A stretch of DNA of 64,000 nucleotides from Zancudomyces culisetae HAW-14-8 (lineage: Eukaryota > Fungi > Kickxellomycota), in assembly GCA_052426225.1 (NCBI GenBank), contig JBNJNM010000009.1:310001-374000 (forward strand). Reading direction: 5' to 3'. A model generated the notes under the pieces. That model did no database searches. It had not been told where the DNA came from and was given only the letters and a program-made list of their open reading frames with translations. Numbering within the stretch: position 1 is the stretch's first letter; each line of letters starts with the position of its first letter. This document shows, in pieces, positions 12,389 to 23,937 of this stretch. Position numbers and translations under genes: made by a program.

Positions 12389-12796
12389 TGTTATTTTGCC
12401 CTTGTTCAAGCTTACTTGTAAACGTATTACCCCTCTCTTTATTTTTAAACCAAAAGTGTTTACTTTTATTTACTAAAATTAGCTTATCTTGTTCAATTAT
12501 TTTACTAATTTGTTTCTATTTTTTTTTTGTTTGTTTTTTCAGTTTTTGTTGATTTTTTTTTTTACTTTAGTGTTTTACTTGGTTTGTTGTAACGAATAAA
12601 TTGGTTAAAAACTCATCTACATAATTGTAAACTTTTTTGTTGCCAAAATTAAAATAAAATAAAAAATGGGTAAGGGCAAAACTAACAAAAAAAAAATTTT
12701 TTTTTAAACATATACTATGTACAATATTATTTCATTTACTTTGCGCATTTTTGATTTTAATGTTGATTTTGATTTTTTCATGAGAGACTTTAGAGA

Positions 12797-12870
12797 ATGG
12801 GAGTGTGAGTAGGAGTTGGAGTTGGAGTTGGAGTAGGAATAGGAATAGGAGTAGAAGCAGTAGTAGCAGT
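12797..12870 (+). repeat. compound hexamer microsatellite (GAGTGT/GAGTTG/GAATAG variants)
   Basis: Direct reading; intergenic. Confidence 0.75.
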
Positions 12871-13663
12871 ATGAGTTCGGAGGCAAGGGAAGGGAAAGGG
12901 GAAATTTTATCAAAAATAAACTGTCAAAAAATAAAATATTGTAGCTCCATAATTTCGATTCTGTAATTAAAATTCCATTCCGCTTGTGATTTTCCGTTTT
13001 TTATATTAGCCAAAATAGATCTATTATTTTTCCACTTGTTCATTTTCCTTTTTCCTTTTCCTTTTCCTTTTCCGGCTTTTCTTGTGAATTACCCTCCCCA
13101 TTCTCTCATTTATTAACGTTATTATATCATTTAACAATTATCTGAATTTAAACTCTACACTTCGCTAATTCACGCCATAATTATACACACTAGTTGCTCT
13201 TTTTCCCTTTTTATTCTTTTTTAGTTTCTCGCGTTCTATTAATATTCCTTCTATTATCAAATAGGTCATCACTATATTTCTCCCTCCCCCTATTTGTTTA
13301 TGTCATTTTTCGACTTTTTATTTCATCAATTAAATAACTAACTAAATAATAGCCGAACCGAACCTGGGCTAGATTACAATAATACACCAAATAAATGTAC
13401 AAATCATACGTAAATACGTATACTATCCTACCTATTTCTCTCCTCGATCTCTTACCATCTTTCCTGCACCCCCCCCCCCGCCCCCTCCTCTCTCTTTTTC
13501 TCTGTTTTTTCTTTTTGCCAATTTATACTTGCTACTATTTATATTTCAACTGAATCTCTATTCTATATTTTTATTTCCAAAATTGAGGTATTGTAAAAAT
13601 TGAACAATATATATATATTTATAATATATATTTAGATAGATATAAATGTTTATTTAATAGTTA

Positions 13664-14326
13664 TTACATCAAGGAAGAAAAATTAGAATTATCAATATTA
13701 TTTAATGATGAAATTAATGAATTAATAACCGCCCTTTTAGCCACACCACCACGCTTATTTACATCTACATCACCATCACCATCACCATCACCATTACTAG
13801 CATTTCCACAAACACTGGGTGAATCAAATGATAAACCCAATGATTGTTTTTCATCTTTGTTCTTGTTCTTTTCCCTATCCTCGTTCTTACCATTTTCGGT
13901 TTGGTTTATTTCCTGCTGAAATGATTTCATTGAAGTTGGAGAATTCATAATCGAATTGGTTGTTGAATGGATGTCCCTAATAAAACTAGAATAATCCATT
14001 TCAAGCTCACCATAATCCCCACTCTCATCCTGGTTTTTGCTTTTGCTTTTGCTTTTGCTTTCATTTTCATTTTCATTTTCATTAACATTACTATTAGAAT
14101 TGAAATTGAAATTGACATTTTTATTGATGTTTTTGTTTTTGTTTTTATGTTCATTTGTTGTTTTATGATTTTCATCATGTCTTTTTTCGGAAAAGGCACT
14201 TTTCAACGAAGAATTATCAGTCAATTTTTCAACTATACTCATATCTATATCCACATCCATGTCATCCATATCAAAGCTGGTACCATCACGTATTTTTCCT
14301 ATCTTTTTTTTACCAGACTCACCTCT

Positions 14327-14365
<39 letters not shown>

Positions 14366-17300
14366 GATGGTAGTGGTATTAGGTTTACCAACAATTTTAT
14401 CAGTGTCTCCATTTCCATTTCCATTTCCATTACCATTATTACGTGAACCAACACCAGGTTTTCCTCGAGTTTTTTCAAAAGCTGTAACTTGAATGTCGCT
14501 GGATCGTTGTTGCATCGTTTCCTTGATACTTGAAATTGAAGCTTGATTAGATTCGCCAAATTCCACAACTAGATTTTTTAACTGATCCAAAAACCTGGCA
14601 TTTTTATCATTACATAGCAACAACCCATTATACCCATCAGTAATTATCTGTAGCTGCGAGCTAAGCACCGAGTTGCGGGCTGAAATTTCGGCATTCTGGT
14701 CAGATAGTTGAGAAATCAATAAAGATTTTTCGCTTTTCGATTTCTCCAACTCGTTTATTTTACCCTTTTGCTGCTGAATCTGTTCATTTAGCAGGACTAC
14801 ATTATGTTTGTAGCCAAGAATATCTTGCTGATACTTTACCGTTTTTTCGTTTAGTTCAGTAATGTTGGTTTTATGTTCATGGTTTTCGGTTTTCAATTTC
14901 CCAACTAGATCAGTAGACTCGGTATACTTTTCAATTATTTGCTTGTGGGTTTCCACCAATCCTACATGCTCATTATTCAACACGCTGAAATCTGCCTCCA
15001 GTTTCACAAGCTGATTACAAGAATCAGCCAGCTGTTGATCCAACAAACTCATCTCTTTTTTAAGATTGGCATTCTCCGCCTCCTTTTGACACAATTTGGT
15101 TGACGAGATATTTTCAAGGCGTTCGAGTTGCTTAGTATTTGAGAAATGGGTTTTTTTCAAAATACCAACCATCAACTTCCAATTCGAAACTTTAAAACTA
15201 TTGGTTTGGCTGTATGAACAATCAAGCAAAAAATAATCGGCTTGATGTTGTAGCGTAAATGGAATTTCAAAAATCAATGAATCCAAATACCCTAATGCAT
15301 GGTTTCGTATTTCGTTCACCTTGTCATATAATCCACTGTTGAAATATTTCGAGTTGCAAACACTTTCAAACAATAGAAATACAAACTCGATTTTTATCCG
15401 ATGATAGCTTAGGCTAAAACATACAATGTCCTTGGAAATTTCCTCCTTTTTGTTTTTGGGTACCATCAAATTATACAAATCCAAATCACTTTTTAAAATT
15501 ACCGAAAAAGTGTCAACAACACTAAAACTGCCACTACTGTTATTGTTATTGTTGTTGTTGCTGTTATTGTTGTTTTTGGATAACCATACTAGAAACTCCC
15601 GAGTAAAATGTCGATTTACTGTTAATAAATATGCAATATAGTCATCGACTATTGGCCTAATTACCCAAAACCAGTCAAATAAACTGATATTTCTTGTTGT
15701 AGAACAAAAGTGTTTGGTAATGATTCTGGATACTACTTTTCCAAGACTACTCACAATATCACGTGCGATTATCCCCAATTCACTATTATCACCATCACCA
15801 TCACCATCACTATCATTATTTCCTTTATCACTATCATTACTACCGTTATTATCACTAATAGCCGAGTTGGATTTGGCTTTGGTTTCCATCATCAAATGCA
15901 AAAATTTACTAGAAACCTTTGCACTTTTTGAATTTACAATCCACAAACTATTTCCTTGGTCACTATTATTAGGTAGAATACAGAGTTTGTTTTCTTCAAT
16001 GGTTCCCAGGATCAAATCTGCCAAATCGTTCAGAATTTTATGGCTACTAATTGTTGGAGTTATGGATGAAAATTGCAAGATGCTTGTTACAAGCTCAAGA
16101 ATCACTTGTATATACAGCTCGTTGTTGCTGGTTAGTAGTATTGTCAGATGGTCTATAAACACTGGTTTGATGTTGATTGCTTGTAGTTTGGTGCTTAGTA
16201 ATTTAATGACTTTGGAAATATCATTAATTACCAACTGAGATTCTCGAAGTTCATACTTTGTATTATTATTACTATTATTATTATTATTATTATTATTACT
16301 GTTGTTGTTGTTGTTGTTAGTAAGATTATTAAAAGTCAAATTACAAGTTAATAGCAAATCTGTAATTAGTTCAACAGTTCTTTCAATATGTTGTTTATCA
16401 AATAACTTGTCTGCCATCAACCTAGTTAATGGATAGACCGAACAATTCACATCCATTATGTATTCATTAGTTGGTTTATTTGTCAAATCTACTTGTTGAA
16501 GCTTTGAATTGATAGTTTCGTAGCTTTGTAAAAGAATCAATGAAAGTAATCTCAAACTTCCACTGACAATTCCTCGATAAGGCGCACCCAGCATGCTAAT
16601 AATATGTCTTAACAACTTGGAATATTTTTTATGAGTGGTTAGTTGTGTCATTGATACCTTTGGCCATAACTCTATAATGTTTGAAAGAATTTGCATCTGG
16701 CCTAATAGAATTCTCATTTTGTACTGTTCATAATCTTCTTGTCCTTCAACTTTACTCATCGTTTCCGTTGATGTTTCCATTATTGTGTTGACCAACTTGT
16801 CAGTCATTTCTTTCATCTTCTCGCTTATTTTCTCATTGTTTGTATGATCGAGTTTATCAATAAATTCCAAAATACTTTCAATTTTGTATTCATTTTTACC
16901 TTGTTCTATAGATATTTCTAATTCCTTCATTATTATTTGTACCATCTCATCACTAATCTTTTTCTTTTTCCTGTTGTTTTTGCTATTGTTGCTATTGTTG
17001 CTATTTTTGATCCTGTTGGTCTTGATGTTTGCATGTAATAAATCCAGTATAAACTCAAAAATAATACTCTTTGTTATTTTAAGCTTATTGATTCTTCCAA
17101 CCACACTATATATTATTACACTACCATAATCCCTTTCATTATCATTATTTTTCCATGAATACTTTGTTCCTACAACTTCTAGAAACTCCCACCAGCTAGG
17201 GTTGTCAAGTGTAGCACTGTTATGAGTCTTTGATATCTCTATATCATCATTTACACCATCACCTTTGATTTCACCCTTAACCTCTACCTTCTCTACTTCC

Positions 17301-17914
17301 TTTTCCTCTTTTGCTTGGTTCTTGGTTTTATTATCCTCCTTTTCATTTATATAACTGTTTAATTTCTCTTCCAATACTATTAACTTCCACAGATTTACCG
17401 GAACTGTTCTGACTAATGTACGAACCATACTGTTGGTTTTATATGCAACTAAAAGCCTTTCAAGGGTTCCAACATCCATCATGTAACTGGTACCTCCATG
17501 CGCACTCTCTCTGTGTGTTGCCCTTTCTAGAATACTAGAGATACTACTATAAACTTTTAATAACAAGAGTCTCCACTCCTCGTCTTTTTCACCAGGTTTT
17601 TTGTTTTCAGGAATTTCGTGCCGAGGCGTTGTAGGATCCGCAGTAATTGGATTTTGTAGTGGATTGGTACCCTGGATTTTTACTTTTTTCACAGTACGAG
17701 AACTAGCAGCTTCCTGTCTTGAAGCCTGTTGTTGTTGTTGTTGTTGTTGTTCCTGATTTAGTTGATGTTGCTGCGGAATACGCTCTTGAATGCTTGTACA
17801 CTCCATATCAACCGGACTACTATCAAAAGGCGAGTCTTCATCCTCCCTTTCGTCATATATTCGTTTATTTGTTGGCTCTTGAGTAAAATACGTAAACTTT
17901 GGACTTTGACTCAT
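13664..17914 (-). CDS. large hypothetical protein: helical (ARM/HEAT-like) middle, coiled coil, low-complexity termini
   Basis: 1416-aa uninterrupted ORF; Leu/Ile-rich helical region followed by heptad region (about aa 930-1100); poly-N/Q/A and dipeptide tracts. Confidence 0.8.
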
Positions 17915-18161
17915 CTTAATATATTCATTAATTCATTAATTCACTCATTTGTTTATCTGCTTTTATACGCACCTTTATATGCCATTGAAATTAAAGTAAA
18001 CTAAACTGAACAATCAATTTGTGTCATTTGTATTATATTTTTATTAAAAAAAATTAAGCTTTTTTTATATTATAATTCTTTTAATTTTTTTTTGTCCTAA
18101 TTTCAGTTTATGAGTTAAAGAAAAATACAAAAAACAAAAACAGATAAAAAGTGCAAAGTGA

Positions 18162-19955
18162 TCAACAGAATAGAGCCAGAGCATTGGGTCTATAAGGTAC
18201 AAACGCTGGTGATTTCGAACATCCACGATCAACCAAGCTGATAAAATTGTTCAACTCAGCCGAATCCAGAGCAGGAGTGGCGACATCTGGGACGGAGCTG
18301 GTTAATGAACTACAATAATCAGACTCTACAGAACGATAAAGAGCAGAGCTGTTTTGGTCAGTATCGAAATCCTCCATATCACTCGTATTGAAGCAAAGAT
18401 CAGATGTGTTTGTAGTTGAAGTGAATGGGTTAGAATTGGGATTGGGATTATTAGAAAGCGGATCAAGCAAAACACCACCCAGCAAATCAATGTCAATTCC
18501 ACTTTCAACCAATAGCGTGGCCGCAGCTTTTGTATCTGGAACTTGTGACGGATTTTTGAATACAATATTTAGCGACTCCTTAAAAGTGATCAAACCAATG
18601 TCAATTCCTCGAGTATACAACACTTCAACTACTCGCTTGATTTGCAGAATCCGAAGGTGGATTTGATTCTCAAAACCATCAAAAAACGCATCCATATCAA
18701 CATTTTGCTGTTCTTTTTTTTGCTCTTTAACCACCAGTTGTATGCTCAGTACGATTTTGTCCTTTGGAACATCAACACCATCGGATAAATACAGCTTGTC
18801 ACTTCGTTTTGGCACTTGAGCTGCAGCAGGTACTCTCCGCTTCACTCGATACTGCTTGCGTGGCTTTGGCGTATTTCGAGCTTCCAAAATTACTTTACTA
18901 TGCTGAACTTTAGTTGCTGGTTCAAATCCCTTTTTGAGATAATGTTTTATTGCTTCTTCACTGCTGTTGTTTACTCTTTCTACCTGATTTCCTGAATGCA
19001 AATATCTTTTGGCGACTGTATCTTTGGTTCCCAAATCTCCTCCAATCACAATCCTCAATATTTCGCTAAGTCCTCCACACATATTAATATACATTCCACT
19101 TTTATACGTCCTATCAAACCGCTCTTTATCGAACCCTTTGTACTCACTCATCCTCAATCCGTACTGCTGCCATCTCTCATTACCCTTGCTCTTTAATGCC
19201 TTTAAGTCTCGGAGTAGCATATACGTTCTTCGCAGAATCTTGGATTCTCTGATTCCCATTCTGTAATGTATTCGTTTTATACTTTCTTTGCTATATATTC
19301 CATATTTTCTCACTGCGTTAATCAAAAACAGTCCATTATTAATCTCTCCCTTGATTCGCATCCCCAAATTCCAAATATCCGACCGTTGCGTAAAAAATCC
19401 ATTATGGTTATTAAATAGTCTGTGGCGATGTTGTGCTCTTGCCATGCTCCTTAACTCCTCAAACCCATATCGTCTACTCACTACTTTCAGCAAACTTTCC
19501 GACATCTTTTTCGGTAGAAATCGCAATAGCCTAATAAAAAATAACTCAATCATCCCAAACCGTTTTTTGTTTCCCTTTTGCTGGTTAAAGTTCTTTATTG
19601 CGCTTTGAAGAATCTCTTCTCCCCCATTGTAATAATAATGGTAGCAATATTGTTGGTACGTTGCTTTTCCATATCGCCCCTTGAAATACTGTTGGAAATC
19701 CACCTTAAATGCTTTTCTCACTGATGCCACACACAGCTGTCTGGCTAGCCCCATATAGAATCTCCTATCTACCTCTCCCTCCTTTCCCCCAACAACCTCT
19801 GTACTTTTTATTTTCTCCAAGCCATGTTCAACTTGCTTTTCGTGTTTTTTGCTCGTAATTGGTCTCCAAATACCTCTGAAAGCACACTTTCCAATACCCT
19901 TAGGACCTGTTCCGACCCCCTTTGTTGTTTTGACGAGTAGATTATTTAGATACAT
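18162..19955 (-). CDS. hypothetical protein, basic N-terminal half (possible mitochondrial targeting), acidic C-tail
   Basis: 597-aa ATG-initiated ORF; no motif recognised with confidence. Confidence 0.75.
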   Translation of the reverse strand: MYLNNLLVKTTKGVGTGPKGIGKCAFRGIWRPITSKKHEKQVEHGLEKIKSTEVVGGKEGEVDRRFYMGLARQLCVASVRKAFKVDFQQYFKGRYGKATYQQYCYHYYYNGGEEILQSAIKNFNQQKGNKKRFGMIELFFIRLLRFLPKKMSESLLKVVSRRYGFEELRSMARAQHRHRLFNNHNGFFTQRSDIWNLGMRIKGEINNGLFLINAVRKYGIYSKESIKRIHYRMGIRESKILRRTYMLLRDLKALKSKGNERWQQYGLRMSEYKGFDKERFDRTYKSGMYINMCGGLSEILRIVIGGDLGTKDTVAKRYLHSGNQVERVNNSSEEAIKHYLKKGFEPATKVQHSKVILEARNTPKPRKQYRVKRRVPAAAQVPKRSDKLYLSDGVDVPKDKIVLSIQLVVKEQKKEQQNVDMDAFFDGFENQIHLRILQIKRVVEVLYTRGIDIGLITFKESLNIVFKNPSQVPDTKAAATLLVESGIDIDLLGGVLLDPLSNNPNPNSNPFTSTTNTSDLCFNTSDMEDFDTDQNSSALYRSVESDYCSSLTSSVPDVATPALDSAELNNFISLVDRGCSKSPAFVPYRPNALALFC

Positions 19956-20854
19956 TTCTCTGCGAACTTTACTGTTTCTGTGTATTGCTTCACTTTGGAA
20001 GATTCAATCGCTGTATTAATTATTTTTGCTTCTCCTTCCCTTCTTTTTACCTCCTATGTTGTGAAAAGTTGTCTCAAGATTTAGTCGATGTTTTGATTTC
20101 TATCTGATATTTTCATTAAATAGTTCGAGTCACTTTTCATACTAAATGTATTCGGCTAATTGTTTATTCGTTTGTTTGTTGTTTAATTTAATTTAATTCA
20201 GTTTAGATTTTTCAACTCGAATAAATCTTATACAGGCTAATATAGAAAAGTCTCCTTTTACAAAGCTTTGATATCTTTTATCAAGCACAAACACTTTTTT
20301 TTTTCCCACTAGCTATTTCGTTTTCCTCTGTTTTTTAATATCATAAATAAAACCAACTTTTTAAATTTACGAGCTTTTTTTTCACTAGAATATTAATAGG
20401 TCAATGAGCATTTTGAATTTTTTTTTAAATAGCTGGAAAAAAAAATTTCAAACACTTTTGAACCATGCTTTCAAGACAATTAATTTATCCCCCCCCCCTT
20501 TTCTATCTCCCTTTTCAACCCCTCCTTCTCTCTCAATTCAATTTTTTTATTTTTATCGCATTAAATCACAATGCCTTTTCTATTTTCCTTTTACATTACT
20601 AATACAATTAATCAGTTGGCAAATGAAAATCTACTCCTTATATATTTTTTGGTACATTTTACAAATCAAATTATGTAGATGTTTCGACAAATCGACAAAA
20701 TTATAATCTCGTCTTTATCTGTATCTTTACCCGGGTTTTCAAAGAAAGCAAAACATCATAAAATGTAGCTATGCATAAGCGTTTGTTACGATAGCCATAA
20801 AAAAGCCATACTATTAATCAAACTCGTGACATAAACAAAGTCCGATTCCCTTAG

Positions 20855-20912
20855 CCCTAACGCTAACCCTAACACTAACCCTAACACTAACCCTAACACT
20901 AACCCTAACCCT
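20855..20912 (+). repeat. telomere-type repeat tract: CCCTAA alternating with CACTAA/CGCTAA (9 full hexamers plus a partial)
   Basis: CCCTAA CGCTAA CCCTAA CACTAA CCCTAA CACTAA CCCTAA CACTAA CCCTAA CCCT read directly. Confidence 0.9.
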
Positions 20913-21200
20913 TGATTGATTTGGTTGATATTCTAAAAAACCAAAAGTTAAAGCAACAAAATAAAGTATATCGTCAATGTTGAACAAGCTCCAGTGTAGG
21001 GCCGGGATATGAAGGTACATATATTGGGATACCTGATGGTCGCATAACTACAAGATGTATAAATTTCCACTTGTTCTATGTGGATATTAATAGCTTCTAC
21101 TATTATCGGATAAAACTCTATACATATCTAAGAGCATATCCCGTTTATTATCGTTGGTGATGTGTAATCTCATCACAATACCAAACCCAAAATTTTTTAA
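20855..21200 (+). ncRNA. candidate structured ncRNA (telomerase-RNA-like layout)
   Basis: Template-like repeats, possible pseudoknot (20920-20972), 9-bp stem 21003-11/21135-43 enclosing nested hairpins, terminal hairpin 21157-76; boundaries uncertain. Confidence 0.25.
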
Positions 21201-21356
21201 TATACTCTATTCGCTAATCAACTCGAACTTTTTCTGCATGTATTCTTTTTAATTTCCATTATTCCTATTCCCAAATAAAAAGTCTGTTCCAATATCCAAA
21301 AAAAAAAACAAACTGAAAAACAACAACAAAGCTAAAAAATACGTCTTTTATTTTTT

Positions 21357-23076
21357 TTACAAACAAAGTCGTCTTGAAATTTCTGCCACCAGGTCACTAA
21401 CTTTGACTTCATCACCTTCATTCTTGGTCTGGGCAGCAACAGCAGCTTCTTTTGACATGGCCTTGATTTTTACAACACCTCTCGAAATCTCATCCTTTCC
21501 TATAATGACAGCCAGAGGAATCAAATTCTTGTCACAAAACTCGTACTGAGCAGTCATTCGTGGCTTTGTTTTAAATGTGAATTCGGCACTGATATTGTTT
21601 TGGCGCAACAAGTTTGCAATCTCAATTCGCTCCAACAATAATCCATCAGACATTGACATCACAAATACCTGTGTATGGTTTGGTCTAAGCTTGCTCTGCT
21701 CGTATTTTGACATCAAAATAGCAAATATCCGTTCAATTCCAAACGAAATTCCTACGCATGGGACTTTTCCTTTGCTTGAAGATGCAAACATTCCAACCAA
21801 CTCGTCGTATCTGCCACCTGCTGCCACTGAGCCAATTCTTGTCTGTGCCTCTTCATCCTTGGAATTTTTGGGGGCTGTAGGAACTGGTGCATCGTCTATC
21901 AACACCGCTTCGTAGATTATACCAGTGTAATAGTCCAATCCTCTTGCTAAACTCAAGTCAAAACTGACTCTGTCCTGTGTACCATACACTTTGGAGTACT
22001 CGAAAAACTTTTTCATTTCCTCTAACCCTTCCTTCAATCTCTTGTTGCTGGTCAACTCAGAATCTTCCAACAATGAATCCACAAGCTCTGGTCCTCCCTT
22101 ACGTCTTACGTATGTTCCTATTTTGTCTGCTATGATTTCGTCTAATCCTTTATCAACGACCATTTCCTTTTTTACATCCTCCCAGCTCTGTTTATCTAGC
22201 TTGTCAATCGCTGAAGAAATTGTTCGGATCTTTTCTTCTGGTACTCCACACACTGCAAAGATACCATCCAGAATCTTTCGGTGGTTCATCTTGATTAAGA
22301 ATTCTCCTATATCCAACGCTGTCAAAACCTCCTTGAGTACTGCAACTATCTCTGCATCTGGTATCATCACATCATATTGCCCTGCAATGTCAAAATCACA
22401 CTGGTAGAATTCTCTCATTCTTCCTTTAGTCATTGCTGGCTGATCTCTTCTGTACACTTTGGCTACATGGTATCTCTTGATATTTGCTATTCCATTTGCA
22501 GCCAAATATCTAGCAAATGGTACTGTAAGATCATATCTCAATGCACACTTTTCACCTCCTTGGTCTTCCAAATCGTATATCAGCTTGCTATCTTCTCCAT
22601 ACTTTCCTGTCAAAATCTCCTTGAGCTCAAATACAGGCGTATCGATTGGTACTCCTCCATATTTTTTAAAGATTCCTGTGATTGTCCCAATCACCCTCTC
22701 TCGAAGATGCATTTCCCTCTCGTTGTAATCTTTAGTTCCCTATTTTTCAAAGCACATTTATAATTTCTCAGCATTTCTAGCTTTTTTCTTTTTAAAGTAA
22801 TGATATTATATATTATATCCCGTATTGGCCTTTAATAAATATTTTGTATAAAAATATACTTGTAAATCAGCATACCTTTGGTGTTTTTAAAGTGATTTGT
22901 GCTCCCTTCTTTTCTTTTCCTGCCGAACCAACTGAGGTACCCTTCCAAAGATGTTTCTTTACTTCTTCAAGCTGTTTCTTGACTGTTGCAATCTCCTCTT
23001 CGGGGGCATTTTTCGCCTTCAACTCTTTAAGCATACTGCCCAGCTTTGCTATTTCGCTCTTGTAATCATCCGTCAT
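21357..23076 (-). CDS. HTS1: histidyl-tRNA synthetase with N-terminal WHEP-like helix pair; 2 exons (23076-22876, 22739-21357)
   Basis: LKTPK|GTKDY across GTATGC..TAG intron; LRYDLTVPFARY, GRMREFYQCDFDIAG, LARGLDYYTG, GGRYDELV. Confidence 0.97.
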
Positions 23077-23937
23077 GATTTCTTCAGCACTCTTGTTTGT
23101 TTGTGTTGTGTCCTGTCTTATCAATTTCTTTTAAGCTTGACCTACGAGTTCTTTTTGAGAGAGATTGAAGAGGTAGAATGTATATACACTAAATTTACGC
23201 TTGTTTTGTGTAAACAGGTTTATAGAACACGCAAACTATATATTTAGAAAAGTGTATGCTTCTTCGCTTGTAACTTTTTCTTTTCCGTTTCTTGTCCCTT
23301 TCCCTCTTTGAATTGGCTTGTGGATTTGGATTTTTATTTGCTATTTTCCCTTGTTAAAAGACTCTAAAAAAAAATTTTTTCTATCCTGATGGTGATCAAA
23401 TTACATTCAAATACCATGAAAATTGCGCCTAACTGACTCACAAACAAAACAATCACTAGATTAAATCTGGGGGAGTTGTGTAAATCTTGTAATTGTTTGT
23501 ATCTTATAAAAGAAAAAGCATTTCATTTCTGGTGCAAGTGCCCAGGTTTTTCATTAACCAACTCAAGCTGGTTATTGTAGAATGGATTGCATTATTATTT
23601 CAATTCAAAACTAATCTTAACACCTACTAAACGTACAATACTCCATCTAGTATTATCCTCACAAAAACGGTTTCCTTCTTCAGCCCTTATCCGTCTTTTT
23701 ATTTTTATCTTTTAATAGCGTAGCATGACAAAAACTTTTCTTACAAAGCGTGTTTTTAGTATATATAAAAACGTTTTAGTATTTTTGAACTGGGATCCGA
23801 GTTAACATTAATATATACTAATAAATAAACTAAAAAGTATTGTTTACCCACAATGTGCTCTACTAGCAACATAAAAAAAAGATCAACAAAAAAATATATT
23901 AACATTATTGTGGAACCAAGTTTATTGTTCAAGTTAA

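Noticed and set aside
11625-12476. 283-aa ORF antisense to BFR1, and many similar antisense ORFs
   Set aside because: Shadow frames of biased, low-complexity coding sequence; Ser/Leu/Phe-rich, non-ATG starts
21100-21175. Minus-strand GTGATGA box-C-like motif
   Set aside because: No CTGA box D at a suitable distance
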